A stretch of DNA of 57,739 nucleotides from Sphingomonas sp. (GTDB lineage: Bacteria; Pseudomonadota; Alphaproteobacteria; Sphingomonadales; Sphingomonadaceae), in contig PNLG01000208.1 in assembly GCA_013822915.1 (NCBI GenBank), positions 1 through 57,739 of the forward strand, in the 5' to 3' direction. A program made the translations under genes and the position numbers. Positions within the stretch are counted from its first letter, which is position 1. Each line of letters opens with the position of its first letter. Of the stretch, positions 10,309-20,132 are shown in pieces. The notes under the pieces were generated by a model. It saw only the letters and a list, made by a program, of their open reading frames with translations. It made no database searches and was not told the DNA's origin.

Positions 10309-11229
10309 ATGACCGTGGCGAGCCCGCCCCCGCAATCGACACGGCTGGCGATCCTCATCCCGTTTGCCATCGTCACGCTCATCTGGGGATCGACATGGAT
10401 CATCATCCGCGATCAACTGGGCGTAGTGCCGCCAAGCTGGTCGGTGACGTATCGCTTTGCCGTCGCTGGCGTCGCGATGCTTGCCTATGCCGCCGTTCGG
10501 GGTGAGCGCATTACCATGGACCTGCGCGGATGGGGCTTTGCGGCGGCGCTCGCAGTGCTGCAATTCTGCTTCAACTTCAACTTTGTCTACCGGGCGGAGG
10601 GTTTCATCACCTCTGGCCTTGTCGCGGTCGTCTTTGCGCTGTTGCTGGTGCCCAATGCGCTGTTGGGGCGAATTTTCCTCGGCCAGCAGCTAGGACGGCA
10701 ATTGCTGATTGGTTCAGCGGTGGCGATGGCGGGCGTGACCTTGTTGTTCGTGCATGAAGCGCGCGCCGATCCGGAGGGACCAGGCATGTCGCTAACCGGC
10801 GTGGCGTGGACGCTGGCGGGCGTGCTGTCGGCGTCGATCGCCAATGTGCTGCAGGCAACCGACACCGCGCGGCGTTACCCGATGGTGCCGATGCTGGGGA
10901 TCGCCATGCTGCTCGGCGCGGGCATGGACGGTGCGATTGCCTGGGCGATTACCGGGCCGCCGGTGGTGGAATGGCGATCGGGCTATCTCATCGGCATTGC
11001 CTATCTGGGGGTGTTTGCCTCCGCGATTGCGTTTACGCTCTATTTCGGGGTGTTGCGCGTGATCGGCCCGGCCAAGGCGGCTTATTCGAGCGTGATCGTG
11101 CCTGTCATCGCCATGCTGTTGTCGACCGCGTTTGAGGGCTATCGCTGGTCGGGCCTTGCGGTGGGCGGATCGGCGCTGGCGATTGCAGGGCTGGTGATCG
11201 CGCTGAGAGCGAGCAGACCGGTACGGTAA
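10309..11229 (+). CDS. EamA/DMT family transporter
   Basis: IWGSTW motif; two EamA repeats, about 10 TM helices. Confidence 0.9.
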   Translation: MTVASPPPQSTRLAILIPFAIVTLIWGSTWIIIRDQLGVVPPSWSVTYRFAVAGVAMLAYAAVRGERITMDLRGWGFAAALAVLQFCFNFNFVYRAEGFITSGLVAVVFALLLVPNALLGRIFLGQQLGRQLLIGSAVAMAGVTLLFVHEARADPEGPGMSLTGVAWTLAGVLSASIANVLQATDTARRYPMVPMLGIAMLLGAGMDGAIAWAITGPPVVEWRSGYLIGIAYLGVFASAIAFTLYFGVLRVIGPAKAAYSSVIVPVIAMLLSTAFEGYRWSGLAVGGSALAIAGLVIALRASRPVR

Positions 11230-11978
11230 TCGGGATTGGCTGGCCGCCAGCCGAGCAACCGCTTCGCCTTGCCATTCGCTACCCGCCGGTTCTCTGAATA
11301 GAAACCGCGCGCCATCGCCGACAACCCCGCTTCGTCCATCGACTGAAGCGGCGGCGGCACCACCCCCAGCAGCGCGGCGGCGAACTCGATCACCGCATTC
11401 TGGCCACACGGTGCGTCATCGGCGAGGTTATAGGCACCCGGCGGCCCGCCCAGTGCGGCCGCCACGCCGCTTGCGATATCATCGACATGCACGCGGCTGA
11501 AAACCTGATCGGGCAAGTCGATCCGATGCGCGCGCCCCGCCGCCACCCGGTCGAGCGCCGAGCGGTCGGGACCGTAAATGCCGGGCAGCCGCAGCACCCG
11601 CGCGCCCATCGCCCCCCACGCCTGGTCGGCTGTCACCCGCTCAGCGCGGCGCCCGGCCAGCGGCGCGGCTTCATCCACCCACGCCCCGCCCGTGTCGCCA
11701 TAAACGCCCGTGGACGAGAGATAGCCAAGCCACGGCACCGCGCTGATCGCCGCGCCATAGCGCGCGAGCACCGGATCGCCATCCGCATCAGGCGGCACGG
11801 AGGAGAGCACTGCATCGGCCCCACCCAGCGCCGCCCGCACCGCCGCGTCATCATCAAAACCAATCGTCCCCGCACGCGCCGCCCGGCTGGTCCCGATCAC
11901 CGACCAACCCGCCGCGCGCAGCCGCTCGGCAATGTGGCCCGCCGAATATCCCATGCCGAAAATGAGCATTGCTGGCAT
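11139..11978 (-). CDS. NAD-dependent epimerase/dehydratase (atypical SDR)
   Basis: GMGYSA, YLSSTGVYG, RLPGIYGP and SRVHVDD motifs. Confidence 0.88.
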   Translation of the reverse strand: MPAMLIFGMGYSAGHIAERLRAAGWSVIGTSRAARAGTIGFDDDAAVRAALGGADAVLSSVPPDADGDPVLARYGAAISAVPWLGYLSSTGVYGDTGGAWVDEAAPLAGRRAERVTADQAWGAMGARVLRLPGIYGPDRSALDRVAAGRAHRIDLPDQVFSRVHVDDIASGVAAALGGPPGAYNLADDAPCGQNAVIEFAAALLGVVPPPLQSMDEAGLSAMARGFYSENRRVANGKAKRLLGWRPANPDYRTGLLALSAITSPAIASADPPTARPDQR

Positions 11979-12066
11979 TGACTGTCACCCCGACTGCCGT
12001 GGCCCCAAGCGCATAAGCGCTGCGATTTCATTGGCAAGCGCGGCGGCACTATTCTATCTGGGTGTC

Positions 12067-14673
12067 ATGCTCGACGCAAACACCACCCCGCCAATGATTA
12101 CCCGCCGCAATGCCTATCGCGCGCCCGAATGGCTGGTCCCCGCAATCACGCTCGATTTTGAGCTTGATCCGGCCGTTACCCGCGTGGCCGCCCGGCTTGA
12201 GGTGGTGCGCGCAAACGATGATGCTGGCCCCTTGCGGCTCGATGGTGACGGGCTGGTGCCGGTAAGCGTGCGCATCGACGGGATCGAGACTGATCGCTGG
12301 TCGCTGGAGCAGGGCACGCTGGTGATCCCGCTCGACGGCGGAGCCCATATCATCGACACCGAAGTCGATATCGCGCCCGAGCGGAACACGCAGCTGATGG
12401 GGCTTTATGCCTCGGGCGGGTTGCTCTGCACGCAGTGCGAGGCGGAAGGATTTCGCCGCATCACCTTTTTCCCCGACCGCCCCGACATTCTCAGCCGCTA
12501 CCGCGTGCGCATGACCGCGGACAAGGCGCGCTATCCGGTGCTGCTCGCCAACGGCGATCCGATGGCAGCGGGCGATCTGGCGGATGGGCGACACTGGGCC
12601 GAATGGCACGATCCCTTTCCCAAGCCCAGTTATCTGTTCGCGCTGGTCGCGGGTGATCTGACCGCGAACCGGGGGAGCTTTACCACGATGAGCGGGCGCG
12701 AGGTGGCGCTTGGCATTTGGGTGCGCGCGCGCGACCTGGCCAAGACCAACCATGCGCTTGCCGCGCTCAAGACGGCGATGAAATGGGATGAGAATGTTTA
12801 CGGCCGCGAATATGATCTGGACGTGTTCAACATCGTCGCCGTCGATGATTTCAATTTCGGCGCGATGGAGAATAAGGGGCTGAATATCTTCAACAGCCGC
12901 TACATCCTGGCCGATCCCGACACCGCGACCGATTATGATTTTGACGCGATTTCAGCGGTCGTCGCGCATGAATATTTTCACAATTGGTCCGGCAACCGGG
13001 TCACCTGCCGCGACTGGTTTCAATTGTCGCTGAAAGAAGGCTTTACCGTTTACCGCGACCAATGTTTTTCCGCCGATCAGGGCTCGGCCGCGGTCAAGCG
13101 GATCGAGGATGTGCGCAGCCTGCGCGCTGCGCAATTCCCGGAAGATGCCGGGCCACTCGCGCACCCGGTGCGCCCCGAAAGCTATATCGAAATCGCCAAT
13201 TTCTACACCGCAACCATTTATAACAAGGGCGCCGAAGTCATTCGGATGATGGCGACCATTTTGGGGGCGCAAAAATTCCGCGCCGGCACCGACCATTATT
13301 TCGCGCAATTCGATGGCACCGCCGCCACTTGCGAGGATTTTGTCGCCAGCATGGAGACAGCAAGCGGCATCGACCTTACCCAGTTCCGCCGCTGGTATAG
13401 TCAGGCGGGCACCCCGCGCGTCAGCGCCACAATCGTTCATGACCCCGCCACCCGCCGCGCAGTGCTGAAGCTCGCGCAAAAAATGCCCGAGACACCGGTT
13501 GAAGCGGGGGGCGGGGGCGAGCGGCTGCCGATGGTGCTGCCCATCCGGGTCAAGCTGTTCGGCGCGGACACCGGCCGCGCGCAAAGCGACGATCGGCTGG
13601 TGCTGGTGACTCAGGCGCACGACAGCGTGACATTTGAGGGCGTGGACGAGCCGCCGCTGCTGTCGATCAACCGCCAGTTTTCGGCGCCCGTCATTGTCGA
13701 GACCAATCGCACCGCGAGCGAACTGGCACGGTTGTCGGCGTGCGATGACGATCCCTTCGCCCGCTATGAAGCAATGCAGCAATTGATGCTCGACACGCTG
13801 GTCACGCGCATTGCCGGCGGCGATCCGGACCACGGCGCCGTCATCGCGGCCGTGCGCGAGACGTTGGACCATCGCGATCTCGACCCGGCGTTTATTGCAG
13901 AGGCAGTGCTGCTCCCGTCAGAAAGTTTCATCGGCGATCAACTGCCCGTGGTCGATCCCGATGCGGTGTTCGCCGCGCGTCAAGCGCTGCGCCATGATCT
14001 GGGCAAGGCGTTGGAGAACGCGTGGCGCGACGCCTATGCGCGGGCAACGGCAGTTGGTGCGTTCGAATATAACCCCGAGGCCAAGGGATTGCGGCGGCTG
14101 AAGTCCGTGGCGCTCGGTTATATCGCGGCGAGCGGCGCAAGCGACGCCGCCGACATCGCGTTCCGCCAGTTCGAGGCGGCCGACAATATGACCGACCGGC
14201 AAGGCGCGCTCAGCACGCTGGCGAGTGGCGCGTCAAACCCGCGGATTGCAGCACTCGACATTTTCTACAATCGCTATTCCGACAATGCGCTGGTGCTCGA
14301 CAAATGGTTTTCAACCCAGGCGCTGTCGAGCCGGGACGACACGCTCGACACCGTGATTGAACTGGCGCGCCACCGCGATTTCACGCTTGCCAATCCCAAT
14401 CGCGCCCGCGCGCTGGTGGGGGCGTTCAGCGTCAATCAGCGCACCTTTCACCGCCCGGACGGGGCTGGGTATCGCTTCGTCGCCGATCAGCTTATCGCGC
14501 TTGACCGGATTAATCCGCAGACGGCGGCCCGGTTGTTGCCCCCACTCGGCCAGTGGAACCGTTTTACGCGTGACCGCGCAGCGATGATGCGTGGCGAGCT
14601 GGAACGGATACTGGCGACCCCCGGCCTGTCGCGCGACAGTTTTGAACAGGCGTCAAAAAGCCTGATCGGTTAA
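12067..14673 (+). CDS. pepN: Aminopeptidase N (M1 family)
   Basis: GAMEN and HEYFH(x18)E motifs; TQCEAEGFRRIT. Confidence 0.96.
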   Translation: MLDANTTPPMITRRNAYRAPEWLVPAITLDFELDPAVTRVAARLEVVRANDDAGPLRLDGDGLVPVSVRIDGIETDRWSLEQGTLVIPLDGGAHIIDTEVDIAPERNTQLMGLYASGGLLCTQCEAEGFRRITFFPDRPDILSRYRVRMTADKARYPVLLANGDPMAAGDLADGRHWAEWHDPFPKPSYLFALVAGDLTANRGSFTTMSGREVALGIWVRARDLAKTNHALAALKTAMKWDENVYGREYDLDVFNIVAVDDFNFGAMENKGLNIFNSRYILADPDTATDYDFDAISAVVAHEYFHNWSGNRVTCRDWFQLSLKEGFTVYRDQCFSADQGSAAVKRIEDVRSLRAAQFPEDAGPLAHPVRPESYIEIANFYTATIYNKGAEVIRMMATILGAQKFRAGTDHYFAQFDGTAATCEDFVASMETASGIDLTQFRRWYSQAGTPRVSATIVHDPATRRAVLKLAQKMPETPVEAGGGGERLPMVLPIRVKLFGADTGRAQSDDRLVLVTQAHDSVTFEGVDEPPLLSINRQFSAPVIVETNRTASELARLSACDDDPFARYEAMQQLMLDTLVTRIAGGDPDHGAVIAAVRETLDHRDLDPAFIAEAVLLPSESFIGDQLPVVDPDAVFAARQALRHDLGKALENAWRDAYARATAVGAFEYNPEAKGLRRLKSVALGYIAASGASDAADIAFRQFEAADNMTDRQGALSTLASGASNPRIAALDIFYNRYSDNALVLDKWFSTQALSSRDDTLDTVIELARHRDFTLANPNRARALVGAFSVNQRTFHRPDGAGYRFVADQLIALDRINPQTAARLLPPLGQWNRFTRDRAAMMRGELERILATPGLSRDSFEQASKSLIG

Positions 14674-14687
14674 GCGCAAGCGGACAC

Positions 14688-15359
14688 TTAGAAATCAACG
14701 TCGTTATAATAGCTTGGTGGGGCGATGCCGTCCATCCGCTCGTTCAGCAACGGACGGAATGACGGTCGGCTCTTGAACCCGCGATACCAGCGCGCCGTCT
14801 GTTCATGCCCCTTCCAATCGATCCCGCCCAGGTAATCGGTGACCGAAATCTGGGCAGCGGCAGCAAGGTCCGCCAGCCCCAGCGTCGCCCCGCCAATCCA
14901 GGTGCGATGATCGAGCAGGAAATCAACATAATCCAGATGGCCGATCGCCGCTTTCATGGCATCGCGCAGCACCTTGGCATCTGGAGCAGCGCGGTGGACG
15001 ATGCGCTTTATCATTCGTTCGTGAAGGAGCGGCGCGGTAACATCTTGATAAAATTGATGGTCGAACCACGACATCAGCCGCCGCGTCTCCGCACGATTGG
15101 CGGCGGTGCCGTTAATCATCGCGGCCTGCTCAACGGTTTCTTCGAGATATTCGCAGATCGCGGTCGAATCCATCAGGCGCAGATTGCGTGACAGATCGAC
15201 CATCACGGGAGTCTGGCCCGCCGGATTCATGTCCATAAAGCCATCGCGCCGTTCCCAGGGCGATTCGCGCACCAGGTCGTAACCAACCCCCTTTTCGCCC
15301 AGCAGGAGCCGGACCTTGCGCGAAAACGGGCACAGCGGAAATTGATAAAGTTGCCACAT
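14688..15359 (-). CDS. fzlA: Glutathione S-transferase-like protein, FtsZ-binding FzlA type
   Basis: LCPFSRK start, NPAGQTP, KSRPSFRPLL and PPSYYNDVDF C-terminus. Confidence 0.75.
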   Translation of the reverse strand: MWQLYQFPLCPFSRKVRLLLGEKGVGYDLVRESPWERRDGFMDMNPAGQTPVMVDLSRNLRLMDSTAICEYLEETVEQAAMINGTAANRAETRRLMSWFDHQFYQDVTAPLLHERMIKRIVHRAAPDAKVLRDAMKAAIGHLDYVDFLLDHRTWIGGATLGLADLAAAAQISVTDYLGGIDWKGHEQTARWYRGFKSRPSFRPLLNERMDGIAPPSYYNDVDF

Positions 15360-15399
15360 GACGGATGGTCTAGGCCAAGCGGGCCGCCGCCGCAAAGTC

Positions 15400-18300
15400 C
15401 TATTCAGCGGCGACCATATTCGCTCGGTCATCAAGCGGTTGCGGCAGGCGGGCGAGCATTTCGCGGGGCACGATTTGCCAGAAATGCCCCGCCACCCGGT
15501 CCCATTCGTCGATCAGCGTCGCGGCCCATTTGCTGTCAGTCGCCTCGGCATGAGTGCGCACGAGGTTGAACAACACCCCCTCCCAATGCGAAGAAGCAAT
15601 GCGTTGCCAGATGATCGAATCGGGGTTGGCGCGGCGCGTAAAACTGCCCGTCGGGTCATAGACAAACGCCATCCCACCGCTCATCCCTGCGCCGAAATTG
15701 GCGCCCACTTCGCCCAGCACCACGGCTGTGCCGCCGGTCATATATTCGCACCCGTTCGCGCCGCATCCCTCCACCACGACATCGGCGCCCGAGTTACGCA
15801 CGGCAAAACGCTCCCCCGCCTGGCCAGCTGCGAATAATTTGCCCGCGGTTGCCCCATAGAGCACAGTGTTGCCGATGATCGTGTTTTCGTGGCTGACCAG
15901 CGGCGAGCTGACCACCGGGCGCACGACGATGATCCCGCCCGACAACCCCTTGCCAACATAATCATTCGCGTCGCCAAATACTTCGAGCGTGATTCCCTTG
16001 CACAAAAACGCGCCGAGCGATTGCCCCGCCGATCCGCGCAGCCGAACATGGACATGGCCGTCGGCAAGCTTGGCCATGCCGATCGTGCGGGTGATTTCAC
16101 TCGACAGGCGGGTGCCGACCGCGCGGTGGGTGTTGCGCACCGAATAGGTGAGCTGCATCTTCTCACCGCGCGAAAACACTGCGGCCGCATCGCGGATCAT
16201 CTGTGCGTCGAGGCTGTCGGGCACTTCGTTGCGCCAGGTGGTCAGCGAAAAGCGGCGCTGATCATCATCCGCATCGACTTTCGCCAAAATCGGATTGAGG
16301 TCGAGATCGTCGAGATGTTCGGCCCCCCGGCTGACTTGCCGGAGGAGCTCGGTGCGGCCAATCACTTCGTCGAGGCTGCGCACCCCCAGCCGCGCCAGAA
16401 TGTCGCGCACTTCCTCGGCAATGAACGTCATCAGGTTGATGACCTTTTCCGGGCTGCCGCCGAATTTCGCGCGCAAAGCCTCATCCTGCGTGCACACACC
16501 GACCGGGCAGGTGTTCGAATGGCATTGCCGCACCATGATGCACCCCATCGCGACCAGCGACAGCGTGCCGATGCCAAATTCCTCCGCCCCCAAAATCGCC
16601 GCCACCACAATGTCGCGGCCGGTGCGCAGGCCGCCATCGGTGCGCAACCGCACCCGGTGGCGCAGACCATTGAGGGTCAGCACCTGATTAACCTCCGACA
16701 GGCCCATTTCCCACGGCGTGCCGGCATATTTGATGCTGGTTTGCGGGGACGCGCCGGTCCCGCCGACATTGCCGGAGACCAGGATGACATCGGCATGCGC
16801 CTTTGCCACGCCCGCCGCGACTGTACCGATGCCCGCCGACGACACCAGCTTCACGCACACCCGCGCGCGCGGATTAATCTGTTTCAGGTCATAGATGAGC
16901 TGCGCCAGATCCTCGATCGAATAAATATCATGATGCGGCGGCGGCGAAATCAGCGTGACGCCGGGCGTTGCATGGCGCAGCTTGGCGATCAGGTCAGTGA
17001 CCTTAAACCCTGGCAATTGCCCGCCCTCACCGGGTTTTGCCCCTTGCGCGACCTTGATCTCAATCTCTTCGCAGGCATTGAGATATTCCGCCGTCACGCC
17101 AAAACGGCCGCTCGCGACTTGCTTGATCGACGAATTGGCGTTGTCGCCATTGTCATAGGGGGTGTAGCGGCTGCGGTCCTCGCCGCCCTCGCCCGACACC
17201 GCCTTTGCGCCGATGCGGTTCATCGCAATTGCGAGCGTCTCATGCGCTTCCGGGCTGAGCGCGCCGAGCGACATGCCCGGCGTCACGAAGCGTTTGCGGA
17301 TCTCGGTAATCGCCTCGACCTGATCGACCGGCACGCCCTCATCGGGAAAGTTGAACTGAAGCAGATCGCGCAAATACACTGGCGGCAAATCCGCCACCCC
17401 GCGCGAAAACTGAAGATAGGTCGAATAGCTGTCGCGCGCGACCGCGTTTTGCAGCAAATGCATTAGCGGCGCGGAATAGGCGTGCGTCTCACTCCCCAGC
17501 CTTTGCCGGTAATAGCCGCCAATCGGGAGCGTGGTGACCGGCGCGTCGAACGCCGCCTCATGCCGCATCCGCGCCGAGAGGTGGAGCGAGACATAGCCCT
17601 CGCCCGAAATCTTGGCCGGCATGCCGGGGAACAGATCATTGACCAGGCTGCGCGACAAGCCGACCGCTTCGAAATTATAGCCACCCCGATAGCTGGAAAT
17701 GACGGCAATCCCCATTTTCGACATGATCTTGAGCAGACCATCCTCAATCGAATTGCGGTGCCGCGCCAGGCAATCGGCGATCGACATATCGCCAAACAGC
17801 CCGCGTGCGTGCCGGTCTGCAATTGCGGCTTCGGCGAGATAGGCGTTCACCGTCGTCGCGCCGACACCGATCAGCACCGCATAATAATGCGTGTCTAGGC
17901 ATTCGGCGGTGCGGATGTTCACGCTGGCGTAAGCGCGCAGACCCTTGCGCACCAAATGGGTGTGGACAGCGGCGGCCGCGAGCACGCCGGCAATCGCAAT
18001 CCGCCCCGGCCCGGCGGCCTCATCGGTCAGGAACAGGTCGGTCCGCCCCTCGCGCACCGCCTGTTCGGCCTGCGCTCGGATGTTCTGGATCGCGGCCCGC
18101 AGCGTCTCCGGCCCGCCGCCGACTGCAAAGGTACAGTCGATTTCCGCCGCCTGTGGCCCGAAATAGGCGCGCAGCCGGTCCCAGTCCGCGCAGGTCAGCA
18201 CCGGCGAATCGAGCACCAGCACCCGGCTTTGCGAGCCCGCAGGGTCGAGGATATTCGCCAGATTGCCAAAGCGCGTTTTGAGCGTCATCACCCGGCGTTC

Positions 18301-19935
18301 GCGCAACGCGTCGATCGGCGGATTGGTGACTTGCGCGAAATTCTGGCGGAAAAACTGCGCAATCGAACGCGGGCGATCCGAAATCACCGCCAGCGGCGTG
18401 TCGTCGCCCATCGATCCGACCGCTTCCTTCCCCTCCACCACCAGCGGGGCAAGGATAAGCTCCATATCCTCCAGCGTCTGGCCCGCCGCAATCTGGCGCC
18501 GGATCAGCTCGGGCCGGTCATACCGGCGGACATCGGCTGCGATTTCGGGCAAAGCGTCGATTGTCAGATATTCGCCGATCATCGCGGCATAATCGGCCTC
18601 GCCCGCGATCCGGTCCTTAATCGCGCGGTCGCCGAACACCGCACCATTTTCCAGATCAACCGCGATCATCTGCCCCGGCCCCAGCCGCCCCTTGGCGATG
18701 ATCGACGCCTCTGGCACCACCACCATCCCGCTCTCACTGCCAACGATCAGCAAGCCGTCGCTGGTGCGGCTGTAGCGCAAGGGGCGCAGCGCATTGCGGT
18801 CCACCCCGGCGACCACCCACCGGCCATCGGTCATCGCCAGCGCCGCCGGGCCGTCCCACGGCTCCATCACGCTCGCCAGATATTGATACATCGCCCGGTG
18901 GTCGGCGGGCATGTCACCCTCCTCCTGCCAAGCCTCTGGCACCAGCATCAGCTTGGCGGTTGGCGCGTCGCGGCCAGAACGGCAAATCGCCTCGAACACA
19001 GCGTCAAGTGCTGCGGTATCGCTCGCACCCGCCGGAATCACGGGCTTGATGTCTTCGCTATGCTCGCCAAAGGCGAGGCTCGCCATCTTGATCTCGTGGC
19101 TGAGCATCCAGTTCTTGTTGCCGCGGATCGTGTTGATTTCGCCGTTATGGGCCAGGCACCGGAACGGCTGCGCCAGCCACCACTGCGGAAAGGTATTGGT
19201 CGAATAGCGCTGATGAAAAATCGCGACGCGACTTTCAAAACGCGGGTCACGCAAGTCAGGATAAAAAACCGACAGGCTCTGGGCGAGGAACAGTCCCTTG
19301 TAAATAATCGACCGGCACGACAGCGAGCAGATGTAAAAGCCCTGAATTTGGGCGGCGATGACCCGCTTTTCGATACGCCTGCGGATCAGATAGAGATTTT
19401 TTTCAAACTCATCGAGATTGCCTGCGGAAAGGCTGGGCCCCGCGATCATGATCTGTTCAATCTCGGGCCGCGTCGCCTGCGCCTTTTGGCCGATCACCGA
19501 CACATCGACCGGCACCTGGCGCCAGCCGTAAATCGTATAGCCTTCCTCGATGATCGCCGATTCAACGATGGTCCGGCACGCTTCCTGCGCTGACAAATCG
19601 GTGCGGGGGAGGAAAATCATCCCCACGCCGAGCCGATTGGGCAGCGGGCGGTGGCCCGACAGCGCAATCGCATCGTCGAAAAACGCGACCGGCAAGTCGA
19701 TGTGCAGACCAGCGCCATCGCCGGTCATGCCATCGGCGTCCACCGCACCCCGGTGCCACACCGCTCTCAACGCCTCGATCGCCGATTGGACCACACGGCG
19801 ATTGGGCTTGCCATCGGTCGCCGCGACGAGGCCGACGCCGCAGGCATCCGATTCCATGTCGGGGCGATACATGCCGTTGGCGGCGAGATGCTCGGCGGGA
19901 GTCATGGGGCGGGCGCGTTGATCGGTGATTGTCAT
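15400..19935 (-). CDS. gltB: Glutamate synthase large subunit
   Basis: DACGVG amidotransferase Cys, HQRYSTNT, QGAKPGEGG, 3Fe-4S CIMVRQCHSNTC and GXGXG domain. Confidence 0.98.
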   Translation of the reverse strand: MTITDQRARPMTPAEHLAANGMYRPDMESDACGVGLVAATDGKPNRRVVQSAIEALRAVWHRGAVDADGMTGDGAGLHIDLPVAFFDDAIALSGHRPLPNRLGVGMIFLPRTDLSAQEACRTIVESAIIEEGYTIYGWRQVPVDVSVIGQKAQATRPEIEQIMIAGPSLSAGNLDEFEKNLYLIRRRIEKRVIAAQIQGFYICSLSCRSIIYKGLFLAQSLSVFYPDLRDPRFESRVAIFHQRYSTNTFPQWWLAQPFRCLAHNGEINTIRGNKNWMLSHEIKMASLAFGEHSEDIKPVIPAGASDTAALDAVFEAICRSGRDAPTAKLMLVPEAWQEEGDMPADHRAMYQYLASVMEPWDGPAALAMTDGRWVVAGVDRNALRPLRYSRTSDGLLIVGSESGMVVVPEASIIAKGRLGPGQMIAVDLENGAVFGDRAIKDRIAGEADYAAMIGEYLTIDALPEIAADVRRYDRPELIRRQIAAGQTLEDMELILAPLVVEGKEAVGSMGDDTPLAVISDRPRSIAQFFRQNFAQVTNPPIDALRERRVMTLKTRFGNLANILDPAGSQSRVLVLDSPVLTCADWDRLRAYFGPQAAEIDCTFAVGGGPETLRAAIQNIRAQAEQAVREGRTDLFLTDEAAGPGRIAIAGVLAAAAVHTHLVRKGLRAYASVNIRTAECLDTHYYAVLIGVGATTVNAYLAEAAIADRHARGLFGDMSIADCLARHRNSIEDGLLKIMSKMGIAVISSYRGGYNFEAVGLSRSLVNDLFPGMPAKISGEGYVSLHLSARMRHEAAFDAPVTTLPIGGYYRQRLGSETHAYSAPLMHLLQNAVARDSYSTYLQFSRGVADLPPVYLRDLLQFNFPDEGVPVDQVEAITEIRKRFVTPGMSLGALSPEAHETLAIAMNRIGAKAVSGEGGEDRSRYTPYDNGDNANSSIKQVASGRFGVTAEYLNACEEIEIKVAQGAKPGEGGQLPGFKVTDLIAKLRHATPGVTLISPPPHHDIYSIEDLAQLIYDLKQINPRARVCVKLVSSAGIGTVAAGVAKAHADVILVSGNVGGTGASPQTSIKYAGTPWEMGLSEVNQVLTLNGLRHRVRLRTDGGLRTGRDIVVAAILGAEEFGIGTLSLVAMGCIMVRQCHSNTCPVGVCTQDEALRAKFGGSPEKVINLMTFIAEEVRDILARLGVRSLDEVIGRTELLRQVSRGAEHLDDLDLNPILAKVDADDDQRRFSLTTWRNEVPDSLDAQMIRDAAAVFSRGEKMQLTYSVRNTHRAVGTRLSSEITRTIGMAKLADGHVHVRLRGSAGQSLGAFLCKGITLEVFGDANDYVGKGLSGGIIVVRPVVSSPLVSHENTIIGNTVLYGATAGKLFAAGQAGERFAVRNSGADVVVEGCGANGCEYMTGGTAVVLGEVGANFGAGMSGGMAFVYDPTGSFTRRANPDSIIWQRIASSHWEGVLFNLVRTHAEATDSKWAATLIDEWDRVAGHFWQIVPREMLARLPQPLDDRANMVAAE

Positions 19936-20132
19936 GTCGTGGGCCGCTCCGTCGGCAAGAGGCTCTCCAACGTCCTGCGCATCGCCTCTTGGCCAACTTC
20001 AGCACCGGCCGCTGCGCCCAGGTTGAACAGCCGACCCTGCAATTCGGGCAACAGCTTCAGCGACTTCTGCCCGACGGGTGACGCATAAAAATCGCTTATC
20101 GCCAGAACAACCGCCATCACGAGCGAGATCAC
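19932..20132 (-). CDS. Short DUF2059-like protein or remnant between gltD and gltB
   Basis: FYASPVGQK motif; overlaps both neighbours by 4 bp; only 66 aa. Confidence 0.5.
   Translation of the reverse strand: MISLVMAVVLAISDFYASPVGQKSLKLLPELQGRLFNLGAAAGAEVGQEAMRRTLESLLPTERPTT

Noticed and set aside
15889-19593. Long plus-strand ORFs (525 and 545 aa) and similar antisense ORFs elsewhere, such as 39832-41376
   Set aside because: Antisense shadows of well-supported genes, typical of high-GC codon usage; no recognisable motifs.
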